Notes: a model not told the origin generated them from the sequence alone. 64,000 nt of DNA from Candidatus Obscuribacteraceae bacterium (GCA_044226015.1 JBGAHS010000002.1:979435-1043434), one strand, 5' to 3'. Shown: positions 1 through 10,505, numbered from the stretch's first letter. Made by a program: numbers and translations.

Positions 1-248
1 TGAAACTTTTGACGTTCTTCATCATCACGCGTGTGCTTAAAGGTTAACAACTGAGATGCCGCATCGTAGTACTGCTTCACCATTGAATTAGCTGACGAAA
101 TAATGGTTTTGGAATGATCTACTTCTGAGGCTTCTCTTTCTACTTTCTGGAATAGAATGAACAAAGTCAAAAGGAAAATGAGCATGAGCCCAATGGGCAC
201 GCCAACTAGAATTGCTGCTTTGTGTGAGAGTTTAAGACTCTGAGCCAT
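1..248 (-). CDS. N-terminal part of a membrane sensor protein, probably a histidine kinase (runs off the window edge)
   Basis: Manual translation from ATG at 248: MAQSLKLSHKAAILVGVPIGLMLIFLLTLFILFQKVEREASEVDHSK..., open to base 1. One TM helix then a helical region; divergent from an OmpR regulator. Confidence 0.6.
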   Translation of the reverse strand, partial: MAQSLKLSHKAAILVGVPIGLMLIFLLTLFILFQKVEREASEVDHSKTIISSANSMVKQYYDAASQLLTFKHTRDDEERQKF

Positions 249-337
249 AATAAACGCCGAATTCGAAGAGCCTAAGCATAGCAAGGCGAAAGATGCCTTA
301 CAATAACAAAATTGAACGAGAGCGAAAGCATCCCTAT

Positions 338-1018
338 ATGGCAAAAATTCTAATTATTGAAGATGACAAACAGCTGTCAATGTTGATTTGCGACTTTCTT
401 CAAGGCGAAGGTCACACAGCAGAGGCAGTCTATAAAGGAAAAGAGGGACTGGAAAGGCTTCTCTTCTATAAATACGATGTTGTTATTCTCGATTGGGAGT
501 TACCCGAACTTTCTGGACCAGAAATTTGCAAGAGGTATCGCGAGAAAAGCGGAAACAGCCCAATTCTCATGCTAACGGGAAAGAAAGAGCTTGAGGAAAA
601 AGAAACAGGGCTAGACTCTGGCGCTGATGATTATTTGACAAAACCATTTCAGCTTCGTGAGCTCGCCGCGCGCTTACGAGCGCTTCTGCGTCGCCCTGCA
701 GTAGCAAGTTCACCCGTACTCAAAGCAGGAAATATTAGTTTCAACCCAGCCAGCAGGCAGGTGTTCAGAGATGATCTTGAACTCACGATGCAACCCAAAG
801 AAATCGCCTTACTCGAATTTTTCATGCGCCATCCAAACGTTCCATTCAGCGCAGATGCAATTATGGATAGGGTCTGGCCGTCCGAATCGGATGCAGCACC
901 AGATACGGTGCGAATTCAAATCATGCGACTTCGAAATAAGCTAGACATCGACGGCAAAGAATCAATGATAAAAACAGTGCACAGAGTAGGCTACATGTTT
1001 GTTCCGCCCGAGGTATGA
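338..1018 (+). CDS. OmpR/PhoB-family response regulator
   Basis: MAKILIIEDD, ILDWELP, GADDYLTKPF, C-terminal winged helix (IKTVHRVGY). Start moved to ATG at 338. Confidence 0.95.
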   Translation: MAKILIIEDDKQLSMLICDFLQGEGHTAEAVYKGKEGLERLLFYKYDVVILDWELPELSGPEICKRYREKSGNSPILMLTGKKELEEKETGLDSGADDYLTKPFQLRELAARLRALLRRPAVASSPVLKAGNISFNPASRQVFRDDLELTMQPKEIALLEFFMRHPNVPFSADAIMDRVWPSESDAAPDTVRIQIMRLRNKLDIDGKESMIKTVHRVGYMFVPPEV

Positions 1019-1136
1019 CAAGCGAAGGAAGCCTAACAATATATAAAACTGACAAAATGAGTCAACACAGAATGCTAGGATTTGCAGTTCAGCTTGAGGC
1101 AACGCTTCGAACTTCATCTAGCTTGAGGATAAATAA

Positions 1137-1589
1137 ATGGCAGTCAAACCAATTCCAGAAGGGTATCACAGCTTAACCCCATATTTTGTGGTTGATAACG
1201 CAATCAAATTCATCGAATTCGTCGAAAAGGTTTTCGATGGCAAAGTTTCAGAAAGAATGATGCAGGAAGACAAAGTTAGGCACTGCGAAATGCAGGTAGG
1301 CGATTCCAAAATGATGGTAGCTGACTCGATGCCAGAATATCCGGCAAACCCAATGATAATGTACCATTACGTCGCCAATGTCGATGAAGTCTACAATAAA
1401 GCAATTAAAGCCGGTGCCAAGTGCATCTCGGAACCAGCAGACATGTTTTATGGAGATCGCCACGGTGGGGTAATCGACCCCGTGGGAAATAAATGGTGGA
1501 TCGCTACACGCATTGAAAACGTCAGCGAAGAAGAACTGAAAGCTCGTGCCGCAAAACACCAGCAAGGCAGCTGTGCTTCAACAAAATAG
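1137..1589 (+). CDS. VOC/glyoxalase (PhnB-like) family protein
   Basis: MAVKPIPEGYHSLTPY, DMFYGDRHGGVIDPVGNKWWIAT; GAGG RBS. Confidence 0.9.
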   Translation: MAVKPIPEGYHSLTPYFVVDNAIKFIEFVEKVFDGKVSERMMQEDKVRHCEMQVGDSKMMVADSMPEYPANPMIMYHYVANVDEVYNKAIKAGAKCISEPADMFYGDRHGGVIDPVGNKWWIATRIENVSEEELKARAAKHQQGSCASTK

Positions 1590-1641
1590 ATCTGAGAATT
1601 AGTTCGCTGAAAGCGCTAGCTCTATAAATCAAAGACATAAC

Positions 1642-1669
1642 AAAACGGAAGCCCTGAGGCTTCCGTTTT
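1642..1669. terminator. Bidirectional intrinsic terminator
   Basis: aaaacggaagcc-ctga-ggcttccgtttt perfect hairpin between convergent genes. Confidence 0.85.
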
Positions 1670-1685
1670 CACATTTTCTAGTGCG

Positions 1686-2147
1686 CTACGCCAGCTTTAT
1701 CAATTCTCTGAACTTCTCGGCACTGACACCATATTCGGTGAATATTTTTTCAGCGCCACCACTAAAAGCCTCAGCCAGCCCCTGCAGAATATGCTCTGTT
1801 CCAATCTTGTCTTTACCCTCAGCTTCAGCCACCGCAAGTGCACATTCGAGAGTCCTATTAACATCATCTGTAAAAGGAACTTCAACACCGACAAACTCGG
1901 TTTCGGCCGCATACATTTTGGAAATTTTCTGACGAATCTTCGAGGCGTTCAGCCCCACTTCATTAATGACTTTTGCGGTCCGGGCGCTGACACCTGGCGT
2001 CAACAACCCCAGCAAGAGTTGCGCAGTATCCAAGTGCTTCAATCCTGCCCTGCGCGATTCTTCTTCGGCGGCAAGTATTACTTTCACCGCCTGTCCATCC
2101 AGCTTATCGAAAACTTTAATTCTCGGTTCACAGCCGTCGTTCGACAA
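1686..2147 (-). CDS. Stand-alone Clp protease N-terminal (Clp_N repeat) domain protein
   Basis: AEEESRRAGLKHLDTAQLLLGLL ... VPFTDDVNRTLE ... IGTEHILQGL resembles the two ClpC N-domain repeats; no AAA module; TTG start after GAGGTG. Confidence 0.8.
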   Translation of the reverse strand: MSNDGCEPRIKVFDKLDGQAVKVILAAEEESRRAGLKHLDTAQLLLGLLTPGVSARTAKVINEVGLNASKIRQKISKMYAAETEFVGVEVPFTDDVNRTLECALAVAEAEGKDKIGTEHILQGLAEAFSGGAEKIFTEYGVSAEKFRELIKLA

Positions 2148-2295
2148 TTTTGCACCTCATGCAAGCTCAGCCGTTAATTTTAGTTGTGGCGTTAGCTTGC
2201 TTCAAGCTTTTTGATTAATTGGCAAGTATTTTCACTGAGTTCCAAATAATAGGTTATATAGGTAATAGGTCGTCCCTTATTCACGAGCTACAAAA

Positions 2296-3513
2296 ATGGT
2301 TGTAAGACAAATCAAATCCAATTCTCGAGGCGCAGCCAACACGGGCTCAGTCCTTCTGGGACTGGGACTTGGTCTAGCTATTTCTGGTGCATTCTGGGCC
2401 GGACATGAGTTCTGGCCCCAACAAAACAAAGCTCAAACGGCTGCGGTCGCTCCAGCTCCGAAGATGGAAAATGTAAGCCCAAAATCGCTTGCCAACAGTG
2501 GCAACAATTTCATCGCTGACATCGTGGCTGCAGCCAGCCCGAGCGTTGTGAACATTGACACAAGCACAAGCGTGACAGTGCCAGCTCACGGCATTCCGCT
2601 GGGCATCGAACAGTTTTTCTTCCAGGGTGAAGACTTGCAAGCCCCGATGCGCAAATATGAGAGCCATGGCGCAGGGTCCGGGGTGATCATCCGCGCTGAC
2701 GGTTACATCATCACTAACAACCACGTAGTTCAGCAAGCTGACGACATTAAAGTCACACTTAGCGACGGCCGCACCTTCAAAGGAAAGGTCATCGGAAAAG
2801 ACAAGTTCACTGATGTTGCTTTGATTAAAATTCCAGCTACTGGGCTTCAAGCTGCCAAACTCGGCTCCACACAGATGATTCGCCCAGGAGACTGGGCTAT
2901 CGCTATCGGCAGCCCGCTAGGCTTGAGCCAGAGCGTGACACTGGGGATTGTCAGCGCACTCGGACGATCACTTGGCGACATCAACTCAGTCGACCTGATA
3001 CAGACCGACGCCGCCATCAACCCTGGAAATTCCGGTGGACCGCTGCTCAACATTAAGGGCGAAGTGATCGGAATTAACCAAGCCATAAGGCGAGATGGAC
3101 AGAACATCAGCTTCGCCATACCAATTGATATTGCGAAGAACATCGCAGAACAATTGATGAGCTCAGGATCGATCAAGCATGCTTACCTGGGAATCAGCAT
3201 GGTTGATATGGAACCCAAAATAGCAAAACTTGTTGGACTGCCGGAAGACACCAAAGGAGTTTTGATTGGAAAAGTCGAAGATGGCAGCCCTGCCCAGAGA
3301 GCAGGACTTCTCCCTAAAGACGTGTTACAGCGAATTGATGGCAAGCCAGTCGGCAGCTCAAAAGAGGTTCAAACCCTTGTGAGAATGCATAAACCTGGCG
3401 AAAAACTAGACATGGCTTTATTGCGCCAGAACGAGGTAGTGCTGATACCCGTCAAGATAGGCGACTATGAAGAGCTTAAAAGCCAGGAACAGCAAGCAAT
3501 TCAGATTCCATAG
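2296..3513 (+). CDS. htrA: HtrA/DegP-family serine protease with one PDZ domain
   Basis: GSGVII, TNNHVV, IQTDAAINPGNSGGPL, N-terminal TM segment, C-terminal PDZ. Confidence 0.95.
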   Translation: MVVRQIKSNSRGAANTGSVLLGLGLGLAISGAFWAGHEFWPQQNKAQTAAVAPAPKMENVSPKSLANSGNNFIADIVAAASPSVVNIDTSTSVTVPAHGIPLGIEQFFFQGEDLQAPMRKYESHGAGSGVIIRADGYIITNNHVVQQADDIKVTLSDGRTFKGKVIGKDKFTDVALIKIPATGLQAAKLGSTQMIRPGDWAIAIGSPLGLSQSVTLGIVSALGRSLGDINSVDLIQTDAAINPGNSGGPLLNIKGEVIGINQAIRRDGQNISFAIPIDIAKNIAEQLMSSGSIKHAYLGISMVDMEPKIAKLVGLPEDTKGVLIGKVEDGSPAQRAGLLPKDVLQRIDGKPVGSSKEVQTLVRMHKPGEKLDMALLRQNEVVLIPVKIGDYEELKSQEQQAIQIP

Positions 3514-3601
3514 TCGATCCTGAAATGCCTTGCAGGTTAATCCAAAAGATATCTGGGATAATGCATTCGTTTCAATTTGCTTAGACCCAAAGGATATCAA
3601 G

Positions 3602-4657
3602 ATGTCTGCTTGCTGCACAAAAGAATCTCAATACTCAACCCCTGGCAATGGCAAGGAACAGAGTGATGCTGCCCTCAAGACAGTAAATGGAGAAGTCAGA
3701 CACGACTGGACCAAAGAAGAAATCGGCGCAATCTATAACTCGCCTGTTTTGGAATTAGTCTTCACGGCAGCAACAGTTCACAGAAAGTACCACGACTCTC
3801 GTGCAGTTCAGCAGTGCACTCTACTATCAGTGAAGACTGGCGGCTGCTCTGAAGACTGCGCTTACTGCCCACAATCTGCTCGCTATGAAACTGACGTCAA
3901 AGCAGAAAAGTTGCTCGACCCTGAAACAGTGTACATGGCAGCAAAGCTCGCCAAGGAAAGCGGCAGTACAAGGTTCTGTATGGGCGCAGCCTGGAGAGAA
4001 GTGAAAGACAACGAACAATTTGACCAGGTTATTTCAATGGTTGAGAAAGTCAAATCTCTCGACATGGAAGTATGTGTAACTCTCGGCATGCTAAATCTCG
4101 ATCAGGCGCAAAAATTGAAGGATGCAGGCGTACACGCCTACAACCATAACCTTGACACCGGTGAAGGTTACTATTCAAAAATCATCAGCACACGCACTTA
4201 TCAGGACCGCTTAAACACTCTGAAAAATGTTCGTGAAGCTGGCATCACAGTCTGTTGTGGTGGCATTGTTGGAATGGGAGAAAGCGATGAGGATCGTGTT
4301 GACCTGATTCACACTCTTGCCACGATGGAAGAGCATCCAGAATCAGTTCCAGTGAACGCTCTGGTTGCTGTAGAAGGCACTCCTCTAGAAGAAAAGGCAC
4401 CAGTAAATATCACTGAGATGCTTCGCATGATCGCCACTGCTCGCATAACGATGCCGAAATCGGTGGTCAGATTGTCTGCCGGCAGACTGCAAATGTCACT
4501 AGCAGAACAGGCGCTCTGCTTCATGGCTGGTGCAAATTCCATATTCGCTGGTGATAAATTGCTGACGACTTCCAACCCGGAATTCGACGCAGACAAAGCG
4601 ATGTTTGATATGCTTGGCTTAAAAGCAAAAACACTGGAGCACGCCGCATGCAGCTAA
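3602..4657 (+). CDS. bioB: Biotin synthase (radical SAM)
   Basis: KTGGCSEDCAYCPQS, RFCMGAAWR, YNHNLDT, RLSAGR, GANSIFAGDKLLTT. Confidence 0.97.
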   Translation: MSACCTKESQYSTPGNGKEQSDAALKTVNGEVRHDWTKEEIGAIYNSPVLELVFTAATVHRKYHDSRAVQQCTLLSVKTGGCSEDCAYCPQSARYETDVKAEKLLDPETVYMAAKLAKESGSTRFCMGAAWREVKDNEQFDQVISMVEKVKSLDMEVCVTLGMLNLDQAQKLKDAGVHAYNHNLDTGEGYYSKIISTRTYQDRLNTLKNVREAGITVCCGGIVGMGESDEDRVDLIHTLATMEEHPESVPVNALVAVEGTPLEEKAPVNITEMLRMIATARITMPKSVVRLSAGRLQMSLAEQALCFMAGANSIFAGDKLLTTSNPEFDADKAMFDMLGLKAKTLEHAACS

Positions 4658-5700
4658 GTCCTATTTCCGAAATCAGAAAGCTCAAACAGATCTCGTTAAG
4701 CTTACTTCTTGCGACAAGTGTCTCTGCTTCATTTGCGATCTGCACGTTTGCAGAAGACACGCCACCAAAAGACGAGAAAGCAAAAACTGGTGAACAACCG
4801 CTGTTTCCGTGGGCACAGCCAGGCGGAAAAGAGACTTCTGACAAAGAGAAGGAAAAAGAGGAAGAGGACGAGGACAAGCCACCGGTAGCACCTGTAGTGC
4901 CACAGAAGCCAGCAACTCCTCCGCCGAAACAGGAAGATGATCCTGAAAAAGCCAGAAAATTCAAAGCACAACTGCACGCATTTGAAGCGGGAAAACTGCT
5001 CAAGCAAAACAACTACCATTATGCTGCAATCGAATTTAAAGCAGCATGTGGTTTCGAGCCCGAAAATACAAACTATGTTTTGGGTTATGCAAATGCTGCG
5101 CACAAAGCTAACAACTGGGCTGATGCAATCGATGCCTATACAAAACTGCTGAAGGCAGACCCGACACACAAAGAAGTGCACAAAACCATGGCAGAGTGCA
5201 TGCAAAAACTTGGCAGATATGATGAGGCTGTGGCAGCTTACAGAAAGTCTCTTGACTTCGAAAAGGACAAGGCTGAGATTTGGCGACGAATCGCCTCTAT
5301 TCGCACCGGACAATCCAAACAGCAAGAAGCTATGGACGCATACAAGAGTGCCACAAAATGTGACCCTAGCGATGCAGCATCATACAAAGCACTTGCATCA
5401 ATGCAGTGGAATAATGGCAACAAAAGTGGTGCCCTGCAGACGTACAGAGAAGGTATAGCACACGCTAGAGATCGCGATTTGTCGGCAGCATATGCTTATG
5501 CACTCATGAGCAATCAGCAGTGGCAAGAAGCAGCTGACGCCTATATGGCTGCAGCCAAAATCGGTGGCACCACGCCACAAATCGATGCCGGGTACAAGAG
5601 CGCCATGGAGCACATTGCCTACGACAAGCAAATGGCCCAGCGCAAAGCCGAAGCCGACGCAAAACGAGAAGCCAAACTGCATCCGCTGCGAAGCAAATAA
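4648..5700 (+). CDS. Exported TPR-repeat protein
   Basis: Signal-peptide-like N-terminus, Pro/Glu/Lys linker, TPR-like units (LGRYDEAVAAYRKSLDF). Confidence 0.8.
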   Translation: MQLSPISEIRKLKQISLSLLLATSVSASFAICTFAEDTPPKDEKAKTGEQPLFPWAQPGGKETSDKEKEKEEEDEDKPPVAPVVPQKPATPPPKQEDDPEKARKFKAQLHAFEAGKLLKQNNYHYAAIEFKAACGFEPENTNYVLGYANAAHKANNWADAIDAYTKLLKADPTHKEVHKTMAECMQKLGRYDEAVAAYRKSLDFEKDKAEIWRRIASIRTGQSKQQEAMDAYKSATKCDPSDAASYKALASMQWNNGNKSGALQTYREGIAHARDRDLSAAYAYALMSNQQWQEAADAYMAAAKIGGTTPQIDAGYKSAMEHIAYDKQMAQRKAEADAKREAKLHPLRSK

Positions 5701-5721
5701 TTAGAGCGGTCGCCCGATAAT

Positions 5722-6018
5722 CTAGCCTTTGATCTGCAGCTTCTTCGGAACTTTATGCTTCTTTTTGAGTGCTTTCACTAGATCAAAACAATCGTCAATT
5801 TCTAAGTTGCCGACGTACTTGTCCATACTTTTCACTTTGGCAACGGGACCCCGTCCGCACTTTCCTAAGCATTCCGACTTTTTGAGACAAATTCTGTCTT
5901 CTGCCTCATAGTCATCGAGAGCCTCTTCCAAGGCATGAAGGATCTCACGGGCCCCACGCTTCTTGCAGGTCTTCCCTTCTGTACAAACTATCAATTTCAA
6001 CTTCGTTGACATATCCAA
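5722..6018 (-). CDS. Thioredoxin-like [2Fe-2S] ferredoxin
   Basis: VCTEGKTCKKRGA ... ECLGKCGRGP cysteine pattern. Confidence 0.8.
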   Translation of the reverse strand: MDMSTKLKLIVCTEGKTCKKRGAREILHALEEALDDYEAEDRICLKKSECLGKCGRGPVAKVKSMDKYVGNLEIDDCFDLVKALKKKHKVPKKLQIKG

Positions 6019-6169
6019 ATTATAGACAGGAAACTCTCAATTTATTGAGAATAATGTCAATTTAGAAATGAGAAAATTGCCAGAATTGTCAAGCGCCGCT
6101 CAGCCATTGCCAACAAAGCGTTTCTTGGGTGAGAATGATGATAATTGGCTTCATCTAATCAGGAACCAC

Positions 6170-6592
6170 ATGAGCAATTTCTTTATTGCTTCGCTAGAGG
6201 AATTGAAGGGTCTAATAGACTTCAGCCCAGGCATGGGAACCGGCATAGGCGGCATAGAGGTAGATCTCCTCATGCTCTGCAACCTTGAAGCAATACTCAC
6301 TGGCATAGACTGGGAATCAGTCTTCGACAAAGACTACATAAATCCTATAACTGATGAAGGTCCTGATGGTCCCTGGGTGTACAAAGTCTCAGAAGGACTA
6401 CTCGAGGCATTGAAACGATTGAGCCCAGATGCAGTGCTGAAGACTGCTAAAGAATGGGCAGAAACAGATGAATGGACGCTGCGAGAAAACGAACCTCAGG
6501 AAAACATTGCAGCAGTCATTCAAAAACTCGCAAGCATGGCCAAGAAAGCTAAATCCGAAGGCAAAAGCATATTTATAAGAACGGAACCATGA
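6170..6592 (+). CDS. Hypothetical acidic protein
   Basis: ORF with AGGA RBS before ATG at 6170; globular composition; family not recognised. Confidence 0.65.
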   Translation: MSNFFIASLEELKGLIDFSPGMGTGIGGIEVDLLMLCNLEAILTGIDWESVFDKDYINPITDEGPDGPWVYKVSEGLLEALKRLSPDAVLKTAKEWAETDEWTLRENEPQENIAAVIQKLASMAKKAKSEGKSIFIRTEP

Positions 6593-6653
6593 GAATCAGA
6601 TCTGAGCGAAGCAAGCAAAGCTCATAATCATGAATCGACCCGAAGGGCAGAGC

Positions 6654-7190
6654 CTATTTCTTAGCGTAGGCAAAAAGCGCATCGCTGAGCACTGTACGCA
6701 ACGGGTCAAAGCCCTGCTGAAGCATTTCTTTGTAGGCTTCATCCACAGTCCAGTTTTGAACTTTGACGCGATAAGTAGCTAGCATAAAGCCAGTTCGCTC
6801 ACGCCCATGCAAACAATGAACATACATTGGCAGATTTGTGTCATCAGCAAACAAAGATACAAAACGATCAATATCTTCAAAGCCAGGGGCATTCACACCG
6901 TCCAGCGAAATATTCAAAAACTTCAGACCAATGCGATCGCACACTTCCTGCTCTTCGTCGATTTCATCGTCGTCAGAATGCCTGCGAAAGAAGCTGTATG
7001 AGCTGGCTGGCTTGGGAGAGTTCTTACTGTGATGACGCAGATTCACAACTAGCTTTACCCCTGCTTTTTGCAATAAGAGCAGCGCATCTTCATCAGGCTG
7101 ACTACCGCGCAGCACCGCTGGCGATACCATCATAAAATTGACCAGGTAGTCTTCCGCGTCCTTTAATGCGTCTTCATCTAGTTGACTCAT
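6654..7190 (-). CDS. Siw14/PFA-DSP-like cysteine phosphatase
   Basis: RGSQP, VVNLR, active-site loop VHCLHGRERTG (CX5R). Confidence 0.85.
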   Translation of the reverse strand: MSQLDEDALKDAEDYLVNFMMVSPAVLRGSQPDEDALLLLQKAGVKLVVNLRHHSKNSPKPASSYSFFRRHSDDDEIDEEQEVCDRIGLKFLNISLDGVNAPGFEDIDRFVSLFADDTNLPMYVHCLHGRERTGFMLATYRVKVQNWTVDEAYKEMLQQGFDPLRTVLSDALFAYAKK

Positions 7191-7461
7191 ATCTATTCCA
7201 GCCCAAAAGTGACATGTCGCTACAAGTTATGCCCAGATGAACTAATAATTCATCAAACATCAGCTCAATTTCAGATTTAGCCAATCTCTTGCCTGAGCAC
7301 AAAAACGCTCGCGTGCCAAACATTTCAAGCATCTGATCCGCCTCTCATCTGAAAGCTTAAGTATGTTAATAACTGATCTTGAAGCTAGATGAGTTGGCTA
7401 AAAGGCAATACAGTTACAAAGTGCTATTATCAACGCTGCTCCTGCTGGAGCTGTTCCTATC

Positions 7462-7785
7462 ATGGTGTCTATAACGATGTTAAACAAGCCAGTGCAAGTC
7501 CTCAACTCTGTTTTAGGTGCAGCCCTTTTGGCAGCGACGCAACTTTATGTCGGCACCGCAGCTGCGCTAGCAAAAGACCCTCTGGAAGCAGCCCAAGACC
7601 TTGCCGGAACCAATAATTCTGACCCCAATGGATTCACTCTGATGATCGTAAGCATCGGAATGTTGTTTGTGTTTGCTATTACACTAATAGTCGCGACTTC
7701 AGTGCACGTCTTCAAGAAAAAACCACAACGCCAGGGGCTCCGTCAGCCAAGCGCTAGTTATACCAGTTCAGCAGCTCAACGTTAA
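7462..7785 (+). CDS. Small hypothetical membrane protein
   Basis: Two hydrophobic segments followed by KKKP; 3' end overlaps moeA on the opposite strand. Confidence 0.55.
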   Translation: MVSITMLNKPVQVLNSVLGAALLAATQLYVGTAAALAKDPLEAAQDLAGTNNSDPNGFTLMIVSIGMLFVFAITLIVATSVHVFKKKPQRQGLRQPSASYTSSAAQR

Positions 7786-9001
7786 CCTGCGAACCCTGTT
7801 TCAAATGTTCTTCATCCTGCGGAAAGACAATGAGTCCATTCGCTAGCGAAAGCCCGCCCAGCATGTGTGAATCTTGTCCCGTAGTTGGATGAGCATAGAG
7901 TTCGCCACCAGAACTCGAAACAACAGCACGAACCAGCTCAGTTCGTCCTTTTGCCTTACGCAAGTCACGACTTAGAATTGCTCTGAGATGCGAAACGGTC
8001 TGTCCGTACAACGCATTTTCCAGCCCCATGAGTTTGAAAATCGCTGGCTTCACGAATTGATTGAAGCAGACCATGGCTGAAACAGGGTTGCCTGGAAGTC
8101 CAAACACATACTGAACTTTGTTTTTGCGACGATGCTTTGCAGTGCCGAAAAAGACTGGTTTGCCTGGCTTTACAGCTACTTTATAGAAGATCGTTTGCAC
8201 GCCTAACTCATCATAAACTTGCTTCACGTAATCATGATCGCCCACGGACAATCCGCCCACAGTGATAATCAAGTCGGCGAAATCGAGCCCTAAGCCAACA
8301 ACTTTTCTCGTTTCACTCAAATCTTCACGACAACTCAAGGGCAAGTAATCATCAAGCCCCAACGCATCGCATGCAGCTTTAAGGGTGAAACTGTTTGAGT
8401 CATATATTTTACCAGGCGATAATGGCTTGCCCGGCTTTACGATTTCATTCCCCGTTGAGATAATCGCCACGGTCGGCTTTTTGTGCACCATAAATGATGC
8501 TTGTCCAAGAGAGGCAAGAAGCCCTATAACAGCCGGAGTAACGCGAACGCCTTCTGGCAGTATTTCTTGCCCGCGCAAGAATTCTTCTCCTCGACGGCGA
8601 ATGTTCTCACCCGACTTAGGTTCTTTGAGTATGCGAACGCGTCCACTTTCCTCAATGCAGTTCTCACGCATTACAACTGCGTCTACGCCGACTGGCACCA
8701 TTCCGCCAGTAAAAATTCGAACCGCACTCGATGAGGGCAAGCTCTCCGGCACTTCATCTCCTGCTCGAATTTCTGTCGCAACAGGAAGAACCGAGGGCGA
8801 TGCTTCGTTTGCTCCCCTGACATCAGACAGACAAACACCATACCCATCAACGGCTGAGTTATCAAAAAGCGGTAAGTCGTGCGTCGCTAAAACAGACTCG
8901 CCAAGCACGGCTCCAAGAAGTTTCTCCAGGCGCACTCTGACCTTCGGAAGTGCATTCACGTTCGAAAGCACAAGAGAACGCGCTTCATCGTATGAAATCA
9001 T
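7754..9001 (-). CDS. moeA: Molybdopterin molybdotransferase
   Basis: FDNSAVDGYG, RIFTGG, STGNE, GGLSVGDHDY, KPGKP, GLPGNPVSA. Confidence 0.95.
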   Translation of the reverse strand: MISYDEARSLVLSNVNALPKVRVRLEKLLGAVLGESVLATHDLPLFDNSAVDGYGVCLSDVRGANEASPSVLPVATEIRAGDEVPESLPSSSAVRIFTGGMVPVGVDAVVMRENCIEESGRVRILKEPKSGENIRRRGEEFLRGQEILPEGVRVTPAVIGLLASLGQASFMVHKKPTVAIISTGNEIVKPGKPLSPGKIYDSNSFTLKAACDALGLDDYLPLSCREDLSETRKVVGLGLDFADLIITVGGLSVGDHDYVKQVYDELGVQTIFYKVAVKPGKPVFFGTAKHRRKNKVQYVFGLPGNPVSAMVCFNQFVKPAIFKLMGLENALYGQTVSHLRAILSRDLRKAKGRTELVRAVVSSSGGELYAHPTTGQDSHMLGGLSLANGLIVFPQDEEHLKQGSQVNVELLNWYN

Positions 9002-9006
9002 TTAGC

Positions 9007-10002
9007 TCAACCACCTATTTCTACCATTGCACGATTTGACATCTCAGCAAGCTCTTCCATTGGGGGATGAGCCTCAGGCTTATTCGCCAGTGCATAGAGT
9101 ATCATCTCTCGGATTTCTAAATCACTAGCTCCAGAGCGTAATTTTTCCTTGAAGCTGATTTCGGCATCGTAAAACAAGCAAGATTTGATAGAACCATCAG
9201 CAGTCATGCGCAATCTATTGCATGTGGAGCAAAAGCTATCTGTCATCGAGCTTATGAAACTGACTTTGCCTCTAAAACCAGCGATCTGGAAGTCTTTGGC
9301 AACATCTGACGGAAGTCCTTTAAGAGGTTCCAACTGATAACGGGTTTGAATCACTTCTTTCATTTCGCCAAATGAATAGACATTTGCAGCATCCCAATGG
9401 TTATCTTTGAAAGGCATATATTCAATAAATCGAACGTTGAAATCGCGATCTCTCACGTAATCAACGAAATCTAGTACTTCATCATGATTGCGTCCCTTCA
9501 TCACCACCACATTCAACTTTATCGGGCTCAGCCCCACTGATTCAGCAGCATCTATTCCGGCGATGACCTTATCGAAATCGTCGCGTAAAGCTATTTCTTT
9601 GAAGCGGTCTGAACGCAAGGAATCAATACTAATATTGATGGACTGCAAGCCTGCGTTTTTCAAAGCAGCAGCTTTTTGTGCGAGCAGAACTGCATTGCTG
9701 GTCATTGAAAGATGCTTCAAACCGGGCAAAGTAGCAAGTCCTGCAATTAGAGCTTCGAGATCATGCCTGACCAACGGCTCACCACCGGTAATGCGAATTT
9801 TATCGATGCCCATTTCCACAAACACGCGAGCAACTCGAACAATCTCTTCAAAGCTAAGCAACTCATTTTTCTTTTTCAGCGGAATACCTTCTGGCGGCAT
9901 GCAGTAAACACAACGCAGATTGCACCTGTCTGTAACTGATATTCGCAGATAGCTATGCTTTCTTCCGAACTTGTCTATCAAGAGATTCTCTGCACTGCTC
10001 AT
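9007..10002 (-). CDS. moaA: GTP 3',8-cyclase
   Basis: RISVTDRCNLRCVYCMP, TGGEP, FCSTCNRLR, C-terminal IGG. Confidence 0.97.
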   Translation of the reverse strand: MSSAENLLIDKFGRKHSYLRISVTDRCNLRCVYCMPPEGIPLKKKNELLSFEEIVRVARVFVEMGIDKIRITGGEPLVRHDLEALIAGLATLPGLKHLSMTSNAVLLAQKAAALKNAGLQSINISIDSLRSDRFKEIALRDDFDKVIAGIDAAESVGLSPIKLNVVVMKGRNHDEVLDFVDYVRDRDFNVRFIEYMPFKDNHWDAANVYSFGEMKEVIQTRYQLEPLKGLPSDVAKDFQIAGFRGKVSFISSMTDSFCSTCNRLRMTADGSIKSCLFYDAEISFKEKLRSGASDLEIREMILYALANKPEAHPPMEELAEMSNRAMVEIGG

Positions 10003-10505
10003 GATTTAAAACCTGCACTGAGGTCATTTGAACAAGATTTTTTTCTGGATTCATCTAAATGTTCTGGGCTCGAGGAATGCGCATGGCTCGAGCATTGCAC
10101 GCAATTCACCCATTCTGCAGTTTCGTCCACATAGTATTCTTTCTTCCATATCGGAACACGTGCTTTTATTTCATCGATAATGAAGCGGCATGCATCAAAA
10201 CCCTCCGCCCTATGCCTTGAGAGAACACCAACCCAGACAGCGATATCACCGATTTCCAAAAGCCCGGTTCGGTGAATACAGCTAGCAGCAATTATCGGAA
10301 AGCGCTCTGCAGCCTCTTTCATAATGAGCGCAGCTTCCTTCTCAGCTAGTGCCGCGTAGGCTTCATACTCCAAACGCAGAACTGCCTTTCCTTCATTATG
10401 ATTGCGCACGCGCCCTTCAAAGCAAACAAAGGCGCCCGCTTCTTTGCTGCTCATTTTGCGACTTTCTTCTGCCGCATCTATAGTCTGTTCTGAAAGCTTG
10501 AACAT
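9999..10505 (-). CDS. moaE: Molybdopterin synthase catalytic subunit
   Basis: GAFVCFEGRVRNHN, LEYEAY, HRTG, PIWKKE. Confidence 0.95.
   Translation of the reverse strand: MFKLSEQTIDAAEESRKMSSKEAGAFVCFEGRVRNHNEGKAVLRLEYEAYAALAEKEAALIMKEAAERFPIIAASCIHRTGLLEIGDIAVWVGVLSRHRAEGFDACRFIIDEIKARVPIWKKEYYVDETAEWVNCVQCSSHAHSSSPEHLDESRKKSCSNDLSAGFKS

Noticed and set aside
8385..9005. 206-aa plus-strand ORF and similar antisense ORFs across the window
   Set aside because: Shadow ORFs opposite well-supported genes such as moeA, with no recognisable motifs.
9999..10120. Cys/His-containing C-terminal extension of MoaE
   Set aside because: Short low-complexity tail; not enough evidence for a separate domain.
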